From Candidatus Adlerbacteria bacterium (lineage in GTDB: Bacteria; Patescibacteriota; Minisyncoccia; Phycocordibacterales; SBAW01), in contig CAIJFH010000015.1 of NCBI GenBank assembly GCA_903819895.1, positions 1 to 50,372 on the forward strand: DNA of 50,372 bases. Direction: 5' to 3'. The notes beneath the pieces are model-generated. The model had not been told where the DNA came from. It saw only the letters and a list, made by a program, of their open reading frames with translations, and did no database searches. Below, piece by piece: positions 20,256-30,229 of the stretch; position 1 is the first letter of the stretch; the number at the start of each line of letters is the position of its first letter. The translations under genes were made by a program, and so were the position numbers.

Positions 20256-20678
20256 ATGACCATCATCTTCGACTTCAATCGGACGATATACGACCCAGAG
20301 ACCGACACGAGCGTGCCTGGTGCGATTGAAGTGCTCAACACATTGTATATACGCGGCGAAACGCTACATCTTATTTCTCGCCGTGAACAGGGTCGCGAAA
20401 AACTTCTTTCCGATCTTGGTATCGAACACATGTTCGCCAGTGTTTCATTTGTAGACGAAAAAGAGATAGCAATACAAAAAATTATTCGAGAAAGTAGTGA
20501 TCCTGTGTATGTCGTTGGTGATCATCTGCACGACGAGATGTGCGCAGGCAACAAGCATGGGGCGCGTACGGTGTGGCTTAAGCGGGGGAAGTTTGCAGAG
20601 TTGCAGCCGGAGACAGATGCGGATGTGCCGTGGCGAACGATTGAGAGTATGCATGAGTTGTTAGAAATCATTGCCTGA
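20256..20678 (+). CDS. HAD family hydrolase
   Basis: IIFDFNRT (motif I variant), VVGDHLHDEMCAGNKHG. Confidence 0.8.
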   Translation: MTIIFDFNRTIYDPETDTSVPGAIEVLNTLYIRGETLHLISRREQGREKLLSDLGIEHMFASVSFVDEKEIAIQKIIRESSDPVYVVGDHLHDEMCAGNKHGARTVWLKRGKFAELQPETDADVPWRTIESMHELLEIIA

Positions 20679-20768
20679 TTGTTGCCCTGCTGGCGGGGTC
20701 TAGAAGCCGCCAGCAAGGTGCCCAGCAGGACACCATAGTTCTTTCACACCATTCCCTGGAGGGAAGTT

Positions 20769-22004
20769 ATGGATACAACGTGCGTCATGTCGCAGACAGT
20801 TGACCTTGGGTTCGACCGCGCCGACCTCGAAATGTATCTCTCCCAGTGTGGATATTGGGGAGATGCAGAGAAGCGTCGGCGGCATGCCTATGTGCTTTCG
20901 CCATCCGCATACACTATGTCCGCGTCGCAGGCGGCAAATATGGAGCGTCTCGCGGTCGCAACTGGTGCGGCAGTGAGTGAGCTCAATCAGCACCTGTGCG
21001 CATGTGCCAATGTTAAACACCCGCCCCATTACGAGGCAGAGATGCTTCGGTTTGCGAGCAGCGCATCGCGAGGGTTGTTGCTCCCGCGTGATGGTGAGTT
21101 GCGCATCCCGCCAGTGTTCAAGGTCGACATTGTTCAGGATCGCTTCGGCAGGTTCCAAATCGTCGAGGTGGATGTCTACAATCCGCGTGGGTTTGGCTAC
21201 GCAGCGCTGCTCGAAGAAAGTATGTCTGGTGTATTCGGCACACGTCGGTTCCCTGGTGTCGAGCAGTTGGTGCGGATTCTGCATGCGCATGGTGCCGAGG
21301 ATGCTCCGTTCTATGTGCTTGTGTCGGAACACGAGCGCTACTACGAGACATGCTTTACAATCTTGTGCAACACGCTTCGGCGGCGCGGTATCGATGCGCG
21401 GATGGTCCGGGAGTGCGAACTCTCAAATCAGGCGACGTTGTTCGACGGCGTGCTGCTCGCGATTCCTGATACGCTCCGCGATACGAATCTCCGCGAGCGG
21501 TTGGTTGCGCAGTATCGCTCGGGTGCACTTCGGGCGGTGTTCCCGCCAGTTGCGTATTTGGGGTCGAAGGCCTATCTGCCGTTCTTGCGTGAGCAGGATG
21601 GCATGAGTGAGTTCATGCCTCCGACGGCGCTGGTATCGAAGAAACACCGGCAGTGGTCGTCCATTTGCGACTCTGGCTCGTCGAGTGTGCTCAAGGCGGT
21701 TGTTTCCTCGGGTATGAAAGGGGTGTACTTCTCCGATCTCGACCCGCAGGAGTTTGGTGCTCGTCTCGCACAAGTGAGCGACATCAAACATGCGGCATGG
21801 ATTCTGCAGCAGCAGGTGCCGCAGACGTCAACTCCGATTGTTGTGTTCGACGAACAAGGTAATCGCTGTGTTGGCGACTACTACCTCCGGCTGGTTGCGT
21901 ACGTGACAGCAGACGGCGTCCTTGATGTCGAGGTTACCGGCCGCCCCGACCGCAAAGTGCATGGTGCGCCCGATTGCATCCAGATCCCCGTCGTTCTCTC
22001 CTGA
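20769..22004 (+). CDS. Circularly permuted ATP-grasp / GSP-synthetase-like ligase
   Basis: KVD..IVEVDVYNPRG, GSKAYL, VLKAVVSSGMKGV, WILQQQV. Confidence 0.6.
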   Translation: MDTTCVMSQTVDLGFDRADLEMYLSQCGYWGDAEKRRRHAYVLSPSAYTMSASQAANMERLAVATGAAVSELNQHLCACANVKHPPHYEAEMLRFASSASRGLLLPRDGELRIPPVFKVDIVQDRFGRFQIVEVDVYNPRGFGYAALLEESMSGVFGTRRFPGVEQLVRILHAHGAEDAPFYVLVSEHERYYETCFTILCNTLRRRGIDARMVRECELSNQATLFDGVLLAIPDTLRDTNLRERLVAQYRSGALRAVFPPVAYLGSKAYLPFLREQDGMSEFMPPTALVSKKHRQWSSICDSGSSSVLKAVVSSGMKGVYFSDLDPQEFGARLAQVSDIKHAAWILQQQVPQTSTPIVVFDEQGNRCVGDYYLRLVAYVTADGVLDVEVTGRPDRKVHGAPDCIQIPVVLS

Positions 22005-22019
22005 AAAGGCGCGAGCGGC

Positions 22020-22050
22020 AAACACCCCCGAGCAGCGATGCTCGGGGGTT
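22020..22050. terminator. Hairpin between convergent genes
   Basis: ACCCCCGAGCA-GCGA-TGCTCGGGGGT. Confidence 0.7.
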
Positions 22051-22056
22051 CGCTAT

Positions 22057-22698
22057 CTACCGCTGTTGTCGAAACACGATGTATGAATATGCGACGCAGA
22101 TAATCACTGCGGCAAGGAGGGGGATGATGCTGAGTGCGAGGGCAAGTGGTGGCGGGGTAAAGGCAGCAGCGAGGATACACAGCGCGGCAACTTCAAACAG
22201 TGTGCGGCCAAGCAGGTGCGTCTTGTTCCACACACGGTCGCTCGAGATGGTCCATGGGGTGCGGATGCCGACAAACCAATTGCGCTTGAGCCGAGGCAGC
22301 AGCGCGCCGAGAATGGCGATGAGTGCGGCAAGTGCCGGCAAGAGCGCGGTCGTCATGTTGAAATGAATCCCTAAGTTGGCCAACAGTGTGAGCGCATACA
22401 CATAGGCAAAAAACGCGACGATGAGAAAGAAGATAAAGTCGTATACGTAGCGAAACCCTTTCATGCTCGGCGCAAGTGGGTCAATTTTTGGTACGACTGC
22501 CCACAGGATAATGCACACCAGCATGATAATCGGCAGCAATGCCACGCCCCACAACTTGCTCATTGTGCCATTGACCTGCCCGCCCGCGCCCCAGTGCGAG
22601 GCGACCATCGCAGGCAGTGTTGGGTACACCAGTGCGCCCGTCGCAACACATGCGAGCAGGATGACAATCATCAATGTGCCAACAAATTTTGGATGCAT
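22057..22698 (-). CDS. SdpI/YhfL family membrane protein (DUF1648)
   Basis: LPAMVASHWG..G.VNG, NWFVGIRTPWTISSDRVWNKTH. Confidence 0.9.
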   Translation of the reverse strand: MHPKFVGTLMIVILLACVATGALVYPTLPAMVASHWGAGGQVNGTMSKLWGVALLPIIMLVCIILWAVVPKIDPLAPSMKGFRYVYDFIFFLIVAFFAYVYALTLLANLGIHFNMTTALLPALAALIAILGALLPRLKRNWFVGIRTPWTISSDRVWNKTHLLGRTLFEVAALCILAAAFTPPPLALALSIIPLLAAVIICVAYSYIVFRQQR

Positions 22699-22775
22699 AG
22701 GGTAAGTATACTACCTAGTACAGATTGTGTGCTTGCAAACTAGGCCACATGTAGTAGTTTAGTTGCAAGATTTAT

Positions 22776-25505
22776 ATGATTGAAGCAATTGTAGAGTTTG
22801 CCGTGCTAGCAATATTTTTCCTGTCATTATGGTTGATTGATTTTGTGTTTGATTTGCGTAGAAATATTGCAACACAGAAATTTCGTAATCAGAGTTCTTG
22901 GGTGGCATACTTATGCCCAACTATCGTTGCTACTGATATATTGATGCCGATATTTTTCTATTGGTTATTGCGCGTTGATATGCGTATAGCTGTATCAGAT
23001 TTTTTTATTCTATCGTTCTTCTCTCTAATATTTTTTGTGTGGTATTGGAGCATTGATGTGATTGAATTGAAAAATTTATCACCAATGCGGTTTGCGGCTG
23101 GTGCGATTGGTAAAGAGGGGGATATGTTTGATTTTAAGGATTCCGCAGAAAGTGTGGCGATGCGTCTGATGGGAGTGAAACAGCATGTTAACGTTATTGG
23201 CATATATGGGTTTCCGGGGTTTGGAAAATCCTCTTTTGCACGAATGATAATCGAGCACTTGCCCCAAGAAGAAACGCTCTACACTTTCATATCACTCACT
23301 GAGACAAATGAAGCCAAAGATTTCTCGATTTTGTTTGCAGAAAGGTGGTTTGCTTCACTGAAAGAAAGGTATCCAAAGTTCGATACGACTCTTGCTGTGC
23401 CATTTATGCAATCTATTTTGCGCGAGTCAGGTAATGGGATTCTAGCGTCAATCTTTGAGCTTTTACCTGCCCTAAATAAGGGTCTACAATCTACAGAGGC
23501 AGCAGTGTGCGACTCAGCGCTACCGCCTCCAGGTAGGAAATTAGTGACACCTGAGATTGCAAATGTGTTTGGAAATGTCCAAAAAGTCCAAGAGAAGTTA
23601 TGGGTTGTGATGATCGATGAAATTGAACGCGCTCGGTTTGATGAAATATATCGAGTGGTTGAAATCATTGAGCGCTTTAAAAACGAAGGACGCACGGGAA
23701 TGCCTGTTCGAGTCGTGTTTATGTTATGTGTTTCTGACGCTAGTCTACGACGATACTTACAAAAATATAACCCCACAAATGAATTAACGCACCTCATTTG
23801 GGATTTTTTCTTCGGTGGTTCAAAAAGTTTGACTTTGTCACCTATTTTCTTACCGCCCGTATCGTATGAAAATAAGTTGGGATATTTCAAAGATAGATTA
23901 ATTACATTTAATAACTCACTTGATGAGAATCAAAGAAAACCAGACCTAGAAAATAATTTGGAGTATGCGTATTTTGACACAACATCTCTTCCTTTCGAAA
24001 CTGAAATAGAAGAAAGGGGCAGAATCTCTCGCGTGTTTGGAATAATTGGATTTTCGCCTCGATTAATTGATCGTTGTATAAATGGGCTCTATTTCACCTT
24101 TGGTACGTATAGGAGTGAGTCGTACGTATCAAAACCAACCGTAAGAATGAGCGATTTACTCATTATGGAATATGTCCGAATTGAGTATCCACACATCATA
24201 CCTTTTCTGACAGAATATGCCGACGACTTTCGCTCCCAATTTGCCAACCGCGGGCTCACTATGCAGGGGCTCGATTCTCACTTTAAGCGAAGAGATCTTA
24301 AAGAAGGTAAAGGCAGGGTTGCTGATCAGGTTGCTCAAGCGTCGAAGAAGTATGACATGGACGAGAATGAGAAGAGCCGTGTTGAAGAACTCGTTGCTTT
24401 TATATCGTATACGGCATATGAATTTTGGAACTCATATCGTGATATGTCCGTTGACTCAAAGAGGTCACGTTTCGGAACATTGTCAGATCCCTACGAACTT
24501 TGGAATTATTTGCACATGACAGATGGTGAAGAAGGGTCTCCTTATGCACGACTAGACGCTCTATACTTTCAGCACCAGCAAGGTCAGTTAATTCTCCCGA
24601 ACTTGTCGTTGTTGGAGTTGCACGAGTATTCGCGTTTTTCAGATGAGATTACTGATGCCAAGATGGAAACGCATCTTGGTGTGCTCCAAGATGTAAAGCG
24701 GCGGTTAGTAAACGGAGAGGTCGAGGTTCGACCAGGAGATATTGGCGATACCATTTACGACACAATTATATACGATTTCGTCCACACACTTCTTGTTCTT
24801 GTAGAGAAAGCTAAAAATACTGCTGGAGAGGATACGAAATATTCCTCGCATATTATGGATGAAGTTGTGAAGGCGCTAGACCAACTAATGAGGTCACCAA
24901 AGATTACTATTGGTGGAAAATTTATTATACTCAACTCGTTTGCTAATGATACGCGAGGGGGTGTTAGTGATATACATCGACGTTTTCGTGAAGCGTTCGC
25001 ATATATGCTAGAGCAAAACAAACCAATAATAATCCACATGATTAAGAGTGTGTTTGATGAATATGAGCAAAAATACGTGAGAGGCAATGAAAGTTTGTAC
25101 GATTATGAAGAGAATTTCTTTTACGTTATGTATCAAGGATGGTCTGGAGATAATAGTAGGGACAAAGAAATTAGGGACATACGTGATATGGCAAAACGAG
25201 GACTCGGCTCACACCCTGTCGCTCTCGAAAAGTACTGGGATCGTTATAAATCAAACGGAAAGAACTTCCAGGAAGTACTAAGGAATGATTTTGATGATAG
25301 AAACAACAATGCGCTATATATGCCCCTTGCAACTTTAGTTGAAATCACGGAGAAGGTAGATAATCTCCCCGAGAAGATTCAACAGAAACTTGCCTTTTGG
25401 AGACCCGCTGTAGATGCGCTTATGTTCCAGGCACGAGAGCAACTAGAGAGCAGTAATGAAACTTTGAGATATGTGCTTATTAAAAAAGGTCTACTTGAAA
25501 AATAA
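22776..25505 (+). CDS. KAP-family P-loop NTPase with N-terminal TM helices
   Basis: IGIYGFPGFGKSSF Walker A, VVMIDEIER Walker B; AT-rich relative to flanks. Confidence 0.75.
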   Translation: MIEAIVEFAVLAIFFLSLWLIDFVFDLRRNIATQKFRNQSSWVAYLCPTIVATDILMPIFFYWLLRVDMRIAVSDFFILSFFSLIFFVWYWSIDVIELKNLSPMRFAAGAIGKEGDMFDFKDSAESVAMRLMGVKQHVNVIGIYGFPGFGKSSFARMIIEHLPQEETLYTFISLTETNEAKDFSILFAERWFASLKERYPKFDTTLAVPFMQSILRESGNGILASIFELLPALNKGLQSTEAAVCDSALPPPGRKLVTPEIANVFGNVQKVQEKLWVVMIDEIERARFDEIYRVVEIIERFKNEGRTGMPVRVVFMLCVSDASLRRYLQKYNPTNELTHLIWDFFFGGSKSLTLSPIFLPPVSYENKLGYFKDRLITFNNSLDENQRKPDLENNLEYAYFDTTSLPFETEIEERGRISRVFGIIGFSPRLIDRCINGLYFTFGTYRSESYVSKPTVRMSDLLIMEYVRIEYPHIIPFLTEYADDFRSQFANRGLTMQGLDSHFKRRDLKEGKGRVADQVAQASKKYDMDENEKSRVEELVAFISYTAYEFWNSYRDMSVDSKRSRFGTLSDPYELWNYLHMTDGEEGSPYARLDALYFQHQQGQLILPNLSLLELHEYSRFSDEITDAKMETHLGVLQDVKRRLVNGEVEVRPGDIGDTIYDTIIYDFVHTLLVLVEKAKNTAGEDTKYSSHIMDEVVKALDQLMRSPKITIGGKFIILNSFANDTRGGVSDIHRRFREAFAYMLEQNKPIIIHMIKSVFDEYEQKYVRGNESLYDYEENFFYVMYQGWSGDNSRDKEIRDIRDMAKRGLGSHPVALEKYWDRYKSNGKNFQEVLRNDFDDRNNNALYMPLATLVEITEKVDNLPEKIQQKLAFWRPAVDALMFQAREQLESSNETLRYVLIKKGLLEK

Positions 25506-25584
25506 TGTTCTAAAAACACACTTGATGGTATCGAGTTGTATGCCCTGCCGAGTTTTAGATACGGAGGACGGATTTCCGTGGCAG

Positions 25585-26262
25585 TTACATCCCAATTGAT
25601 TTAAGGAGGATGCTCAGCTCGCCGGATTGGATCGGGCGGTACTCGCCGGCTCGCAGGCGGCCGAGAGTGACATTCATAATGCGAACACGCTTGAGGTCGA
25701 CCACGTGCTGGCCGAGCGCTTCGCACATGCGGCGGATCTGATGCTTTTTGCCCTCGGTAAGAATGATGGCAAATACGCGCGAGCTGCGCACTTCGACCTG
25801 GCAGGGCAGGGTGACGTGGTCGCCGATGTCAACGCCGCGCTCCATCTGTGTGGCAAAGTTGGGTGGTAGTGCGTCGCGGCAGGTGACTTCGTACTCTTTC
25901 TCGTGCACATATTTTGGGTTGAGCAGCGGGTCGGTGATCCGGCCGTCGTCGGTAAGGATGATGAGCCCGTAGGAATCTTTGTCGAGCCGCCCGATAGGGA
26001 AGACACCCGCAATGGGCACGATGTCCTCGATCGACTCCTCGTCGCCCTGTGGCGAGTGGGTGATGATGCCGCGCGGTTTGTGGTAGGCAAAGTAGCGATA
26101 CTTTTTGGGGCGAAAGGTCACCTCGACCACGTCGTCCTCGCCCACTTGGTCGCCCAGTTTGGCCGGGGCGCCATTGAGCATGACGCGCCCACGAGAGATC
26201 ATCTCGTCGGCCTCGCGGCGTGTGCAGTACTTTTGCATCGCGAGATATTTATTGATCCGCAT
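25585..26262 (-). CDS. rRNA pseudouridine synthase (RsuA/RluB/RluF family, S4 domain)
   Basis: MRINKYLA, GRLDKDS, EKEYEV, EGKKHQIRRM. Confidence 0.93.
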   Translation of the reverse strand: MRINKYLAMQKYCTRREADEMISRGRVMLNGAPAKLGDQVGEDDVVEVTFRPKKYRYFAYHKPRGIITHSPQGDEESIEDIVPIAGVFPIGRLDKDSYGLIILTDDGRITDPLLNPKYVHEKEYEVTCRDALPPNFATQMERGVDIGDHVTLPCQVEVRSSRVFAIILTEGKKHQIRRMCEALGQHVVDLKRVRIMNVTLGRLRAGEYRPIQSGELSILLKSIGM

Positions 26263-26342
26263 CGCGTATATATACCACAGAGAACCTTTGTGCGATATGT
26301 GGAGTTATAGTAGCGTTCTCGTGTCTCGCATAGTTTAGAGTA

Positions 26343-27050
26343 ATGAATACGCTACCTCATACCCCCACGTGTGTCGGCATTATCCTCGACGGCAATCGCC
26401 GCTTTGCACGCGAGCACGGCGTGCCCGTTGTCGAGGGGTATCGCCGTGGGTTTGATGCGCTCGAGCGAGTGGTGTTGGCAGCGCAGGAGCGGGGCATCGC
26501 ACACGTGGTGGTGTACGGGTTCTCGACCGAAAATTGGCAACGGCCCGAGGGAGAGGTTGCGTCGTTGATGCAGTTGTTTGAGATGATTGCGCGCGAGGGT
26601 TTGGGGCAGATTATGCAAAAAGGTGTCGCGCTGCGGTTTGTGGGCCAGCGCGAGCGATTCTCCCTCGAGCTGCAGCACTTGATGGATGGGCTCGAGGAGC
26701 GCAGCCCCGCCAACGCACGCTGCACCTTGTGGGTGTGTCTCTCCTACGGTGGCCGTGCAGAAATTGTGCACGCGGCGCAGCGTGCTGCGCAGAGTGGCAA
26801 GGAGATTACCGAAGAGACATTGGCAAAGTATTTATGGACAGCGGGTTTGCCCGACGCCACGGTGGCGATGCCCGACCCCGATCTGATTATCCGCGCTGGC
26901 GGCGAGCAGCGGCTCTCCAACTTTTTGCTCTGGCAATCCGCCTACAGCGAGCTCTTTTTTGTCGACACGTTGTGGCCCGCGTTTACGGTTGACGACTTTG
27001 ACGCAATCCTCGCCGAGTACGCCACGCGCTCCCGCCGCATGGGTGCATAG
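26343..27050 (+). CDS. uppS: Undecaprenyl diphosphate synthase
   Basis: ILDGNRR, FSTENWQR, YGGRAEI, RLSNFLLWQSAYSE. Confidence 0.95.
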   Translation: MNTLPHTPTCVGIILDGNRRFAREHGVPVVEGYRRGFDALERVVLAAQERGIAHVVVYGFSTENWQRPEGEVASLMQLFEMIAREGLGQIMQKGVALRFVGQRERFSLELQHLMDGLEERSPANARCTLWVCLSYGGRAEIVHAAQRAAQSGKEITEETLAKYLWTAGLPDATVAMPDPDLIIRAGGEQRLSNFLLWQSAYSELFFVDTLWPAFTVDDFDAILAEYATRSRRMGA

Positions 27051-27055
27051 CAAAT

Positions 27056-27697
27056 TTAGGCCCCTTTCTTTTTATTGCGGGCAGTAAAGGTGGCGATGCG
27101 CTGCAACATGTTAAAGGAGCCCGGCGTGGTGTTAAAGATAACCGGCAGGGCAAAAAACAGGAGCGAGAAGTCGTCGTGGATGAGTGCCGCCGCGACACCC
27201 AAGGTCGAACAGCCCAGGGTGAGATAGGTGCGCAGGATACCGCGTCGCAGCATGCTCGGGCTGATGTCGGAGGTGTCTATCTCGTCGCTCGCCTCTGCGT
27301 AGTTGATGATGATGAGCGTGACAATACTGATGATGGCAAGGTTTACGCCATAGACCACGCCCGACAGCGGCATCTCGGGGTAGGTACCCAAGAGTTGTGC
27401 CGAAAAGGGGATGAGCGCGATGAACGCAAGGTAGAGGATGTTGAGCAGTGCCAGCACGCGGTCGATATTTTTGGTAAAGACGCTGTAGATAAAATGGTGC
27501 GAAAGCCAAAACATCGCGAGCACAAGAAACGACACGAAGTAGGAGAGGAAGAGTGGTCCCAGCGCCAGCAGTGCGCTCCACAACCCGGCGTCGGTGCTGC
27601 CACTCTGGAGCGTCGGCACCTTGATTGAGAAGACGAGTATCGTCATCACGATTGAGAAGACGCCGTCGGAGAGTGCCTCAAGCCGCGCTTTATTCAT
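27056..27697 (-). CDS. TMEM175 family K+ channel
   Basis: RLEALSDGVFSIVMTIL, FWLSHH. Confidence 0.88.
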   Translation of the reverse strand: MNKARLEALSDGVFSIVMTILVFSIKVPTLQSGSTDAGLWSALLALGPLFLSYFVSFLVLAMFWLSHHFIYSVFTKNIDRVLALLNILYLAFIALIPFSAQLLGTYPEMPLSGVVYGVNLAIISIVTLIIINYAEASDEIDTSDISPSMLRRGILRTYLTLGCSTLGVAAALIHDDFSLLFFALPVIFNTTPGSFNMLQRIATFTARNKKKGA

Positions 27698-27743
27698 ACC
27701 TAGTACTATAGCACGCAACTTTTTTGATGTAGAGACGTCACAT

Positions 27744-27776
27744 CGGTTCACGCCCGGTTCACGCCCGGTTCACGCT
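27744..27776. repeat. 11-bp tandem repeat CGGTTCACGCC x3
   Basis: Read directly in the divergent intergenic region; the last copy has one mismatch. Confidence 0.85.
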
Positions 27777-27847
27777 GTCTTTTTATACTGACGGTGCAGC
27801 GTGTTGTGCGTTTTATCAGCATTATCAACGTAACAAAAGTACTAGGT

Positions 27848-30031
27848 ATGATGAAAAAATTACTTCTCTCGGTCTCTGCGTCGTTGTTCGCTGCGGCACT
27901 GCTTGTGGTGCCGGCGGTGAGTTCGGCAGCGCTGGTGCCATCACCAGCGCCGTGTGCCGTCGTGGGCACGCCGTTCCTCAACATCACGCAGCATATTACT
28001 AACGACCCCGACTCGGGTAACCACGGCAACTGGGCGACCGATGCCTTTACCGAGCATGTGAGCGTTTGGGTGGGCACCGATGGTGCGACGTGGTGTGCCA
28101 ACGCGAGCACGACCGACGGCACGTTTGTGACCACCGGGCCGCTTTCGCCACAGGCAGGCGTGGCATTGGGTTCGGGTGTCACGGGCACCTTCACTGGCGG
28201 TGAGAATTACACCATCCCCTCGTCGGTGACGCTTGCGCCAAGCTACAGCACTACGACGCCGCAGTCGATTGTCTTGCCAGACAGCGCGGTGGCGCAGTTT
28301 TCGTGGTGGGTTAACCAAGCGTTCCCCAGCGTTGCGTCCACCTCGGGCTCGTCCTATGTCAACAGCTACTACCTGACGTATGTCACGCCCAGTAATGGCT
28401 CGTGGATAGATGCCGACACGGCGTCGCTGGGTGATCAAAACCCCGGTGACATCACTGGCTCGTCAACACCTGTTGCACCGCAGACAGTGACCGTCACTAT
28501 CGACAAGTTTGTTGATGGCAAAGCAGCATCATCTACTGCGTCGACCACGGCATCCTTCCCGATGCATGCGTCGTGGGTCATTGGTGGCGTTGCGGGGAGC
28601 GGCGACTTTGCGCTTGGTACCGTGGGCTTCAATAGTCCTAACGCCTACGAGGCGGTTACGGGGGCGATGGCGACGAGCTCCAGCTACTCGGTCAACGAGG
28701 ATACAACGGGCGCCGTTGTTGGTGCAAGTTGTAGCACTGGCGACCCGTACGCGTTGGTGGGCTACTCGACTGGCGCCACCTTGGCCGCAGCGAAAAATGG
28801 TGTCGTGAGTACCACTACGCCAAACTTCGCAACGCTGCCAAGTAATGAGTATGTCATAGTGTGGAATAAGAGTTGCCCGAAAACTCCACCGCCAGCAACG
28901 ACGCTCAAGGTGCACATTCTCAAGTATCTTGATGGTGCGGTTGCGACTGCGGCAAGCTCAAGCAACTATCTCTTCCCAATGACAGCAACGTGGAGTGCGA
29001 CAAACATCGGCGCGGGCGCCGGCACGTATGTGCTTGGCGCCAACTTCGGTGGCGCATCAAACCTCTATGGTGCTGACACGGCTGCGATGAGCACGCCTGC
29101 CGACTACACGATATCGGAGATCACCAACGATGTTGATAGTTCAAGCAAGGTGTTGCCCACAACTGCCGCATGTGCGGTCGGCAACTATCGACTCGATGGC
29201 TACAAGACCAGCGCGGTGAGCTTTGCGGACGCAGCGACACAACCATTGTCGACGACGACGCCAAACTTCTCGCAGATTAGCAATGATCGCTATGTGATCG
29301 TTGCTAACGAGACGTGTACTGCGACCACCACACCACCCACCACGGGGGCAGGCGAGATTCGTGGCATCAAGTATGCCGACCGCGATGGCGACGGTGATGC
29401 GGATGATATGCACCAGCGTATCCCGGGTGTGACTATCTACCTCGACACCAACAACAATGGTGTGCTCGACCCGGGTGAGCCGTCGATGGTCACCAACGCG
29501 CAAGGCGTCTACGACTTCACCAACCTGGCGCCGGGCACCTACTATGTGCGCGAGGTAGTGCCGCCGGGCTGGATGCAGACCATGCCACACAGTGGTGTCT
29601 ACAAGGTTGTCTTGGGTGCAGGCAAGATTGTCCGCAACAAGAACTTTGGCGACTTCAAACTCGGAACGATTTCGGGTATGAAGTATAACGACGCTAATGC
29701 CAATGGCCGCAAGGATGCAAACGAAGTTGGGCTTTCGGGTTGGACAATCAACCTCAAGGGGCCACATGGGTTCAGCACCTCAACCGTGACTGATGCAAGT
29801 GGCGACTACTCGTTTAGCAACCTCGGGGCTGGGTTGTACACGCTCTCGGAGGTGCAGCAAAGCGGATGGACGCAGACCGCGCATCCGGGGTTTGTCTGGA
29901 TTCTCTCGGGTACCACCTCCACCAACGACAACTTTGGTAACACACAGCAAAAACCAAAGAGTGGTAAGGGTGGTAGATGGAACGATGATTGGGGTTGGAA
30001 TAATCAAGGCAACATCTGGTCAGACAACTAA
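27848..30031 (+). CDS. Secreted surface protein with two internal ~140-aa repeats and two SdrD B-like domains
   Basis: Signal peptide; GIKYADRDGDG...YLDTNNNG...F.NLAPGTYYVREV and KYNDANANG...GLSGWTI. Confidence 0.85.
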   Translation: MMKKLLLSVSASLFAAALLVVPAVSSAALVPSPAPCAVVGTPFLNITQHITNDPDSGNHGNWATDAFTEHVSVWVGTDGATWCANASTTDGTFVTTGPLSPQAGVALGSGVTGTFTGGENYTIPSSVTLAPSYSTTTPQSIVLPDSAVAQFSWWVNQAFPSVASTSGSSYVNSYYLTYVTPSNGSWIDADTASLGDQNPGDITGSSTPVAPQTVTVTIDKFVDGKAASSTASTTASFPMHASWVIGGVAGSGDFALGTVGFNSPNAYEAVTGAMATSSSYSVNEDTTGAVVGASCSTGDPYALVGYSTGATLAAAKNGVVSTTTPNFATLPSNEYVIVWNKSCPKTPPPATTLKVHILKYLDGAVATAASSSNYLFPMTATWSATNIGAGAGTYVLGANFGGASNLYGADTAAMSTPADYTISEITNDVDSSSKVLPTTAACAVGNYRLDGYKTSAVSFADAATQPLSTTTPNFSQISNDRYVIVANETCTATTTPPTTGAGEIRGIKYADRDGDGDADDMHQRIPGVTIYLDTNNNGVLDPGEPSMVTNAQGVYDFTNLAPGTYYVREVVPPGWMQTMPHSGVYKVVLGAGKIVRNKNFGDFKLGTISGMKYNDANANGRKDANEVGLSGWTINLKGPHGFSTSTVTDASGDYSFSNLGAGLYTLSEVQQSGWTQTAHPGFVWILSGTTSTNDNFGNTQQKPKSGKGGRWNDDWGWNNQGNIWSDN

Positions 30032-30229
30032 ACACATCTATTTGGTGTGCGATACAAAAACGTCCTGCCTCGTGCGGGGCGTTTTTGTGTGGGGAGGGAA
30101 GGTGCTCACTCTATACTCATCCTGATGTACTACACTCTAGGGAGTCGAAGGATTTCTAACAACCTGTGTCACGCTATGGCGGTTCTTTTCTTTTATTTTT
30201 TACCAGAAGCACTAACTACTACTACTTGT

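Noticed and set aside
13630-22004. UGA recoding (genetic code 25, Gracilibacteria/SR1)
   Set aside because: lemA, the HAD gene and the ATP-grasp gene end at TGA at plausible lengths, and conserved genes contain no in-frame TGA.
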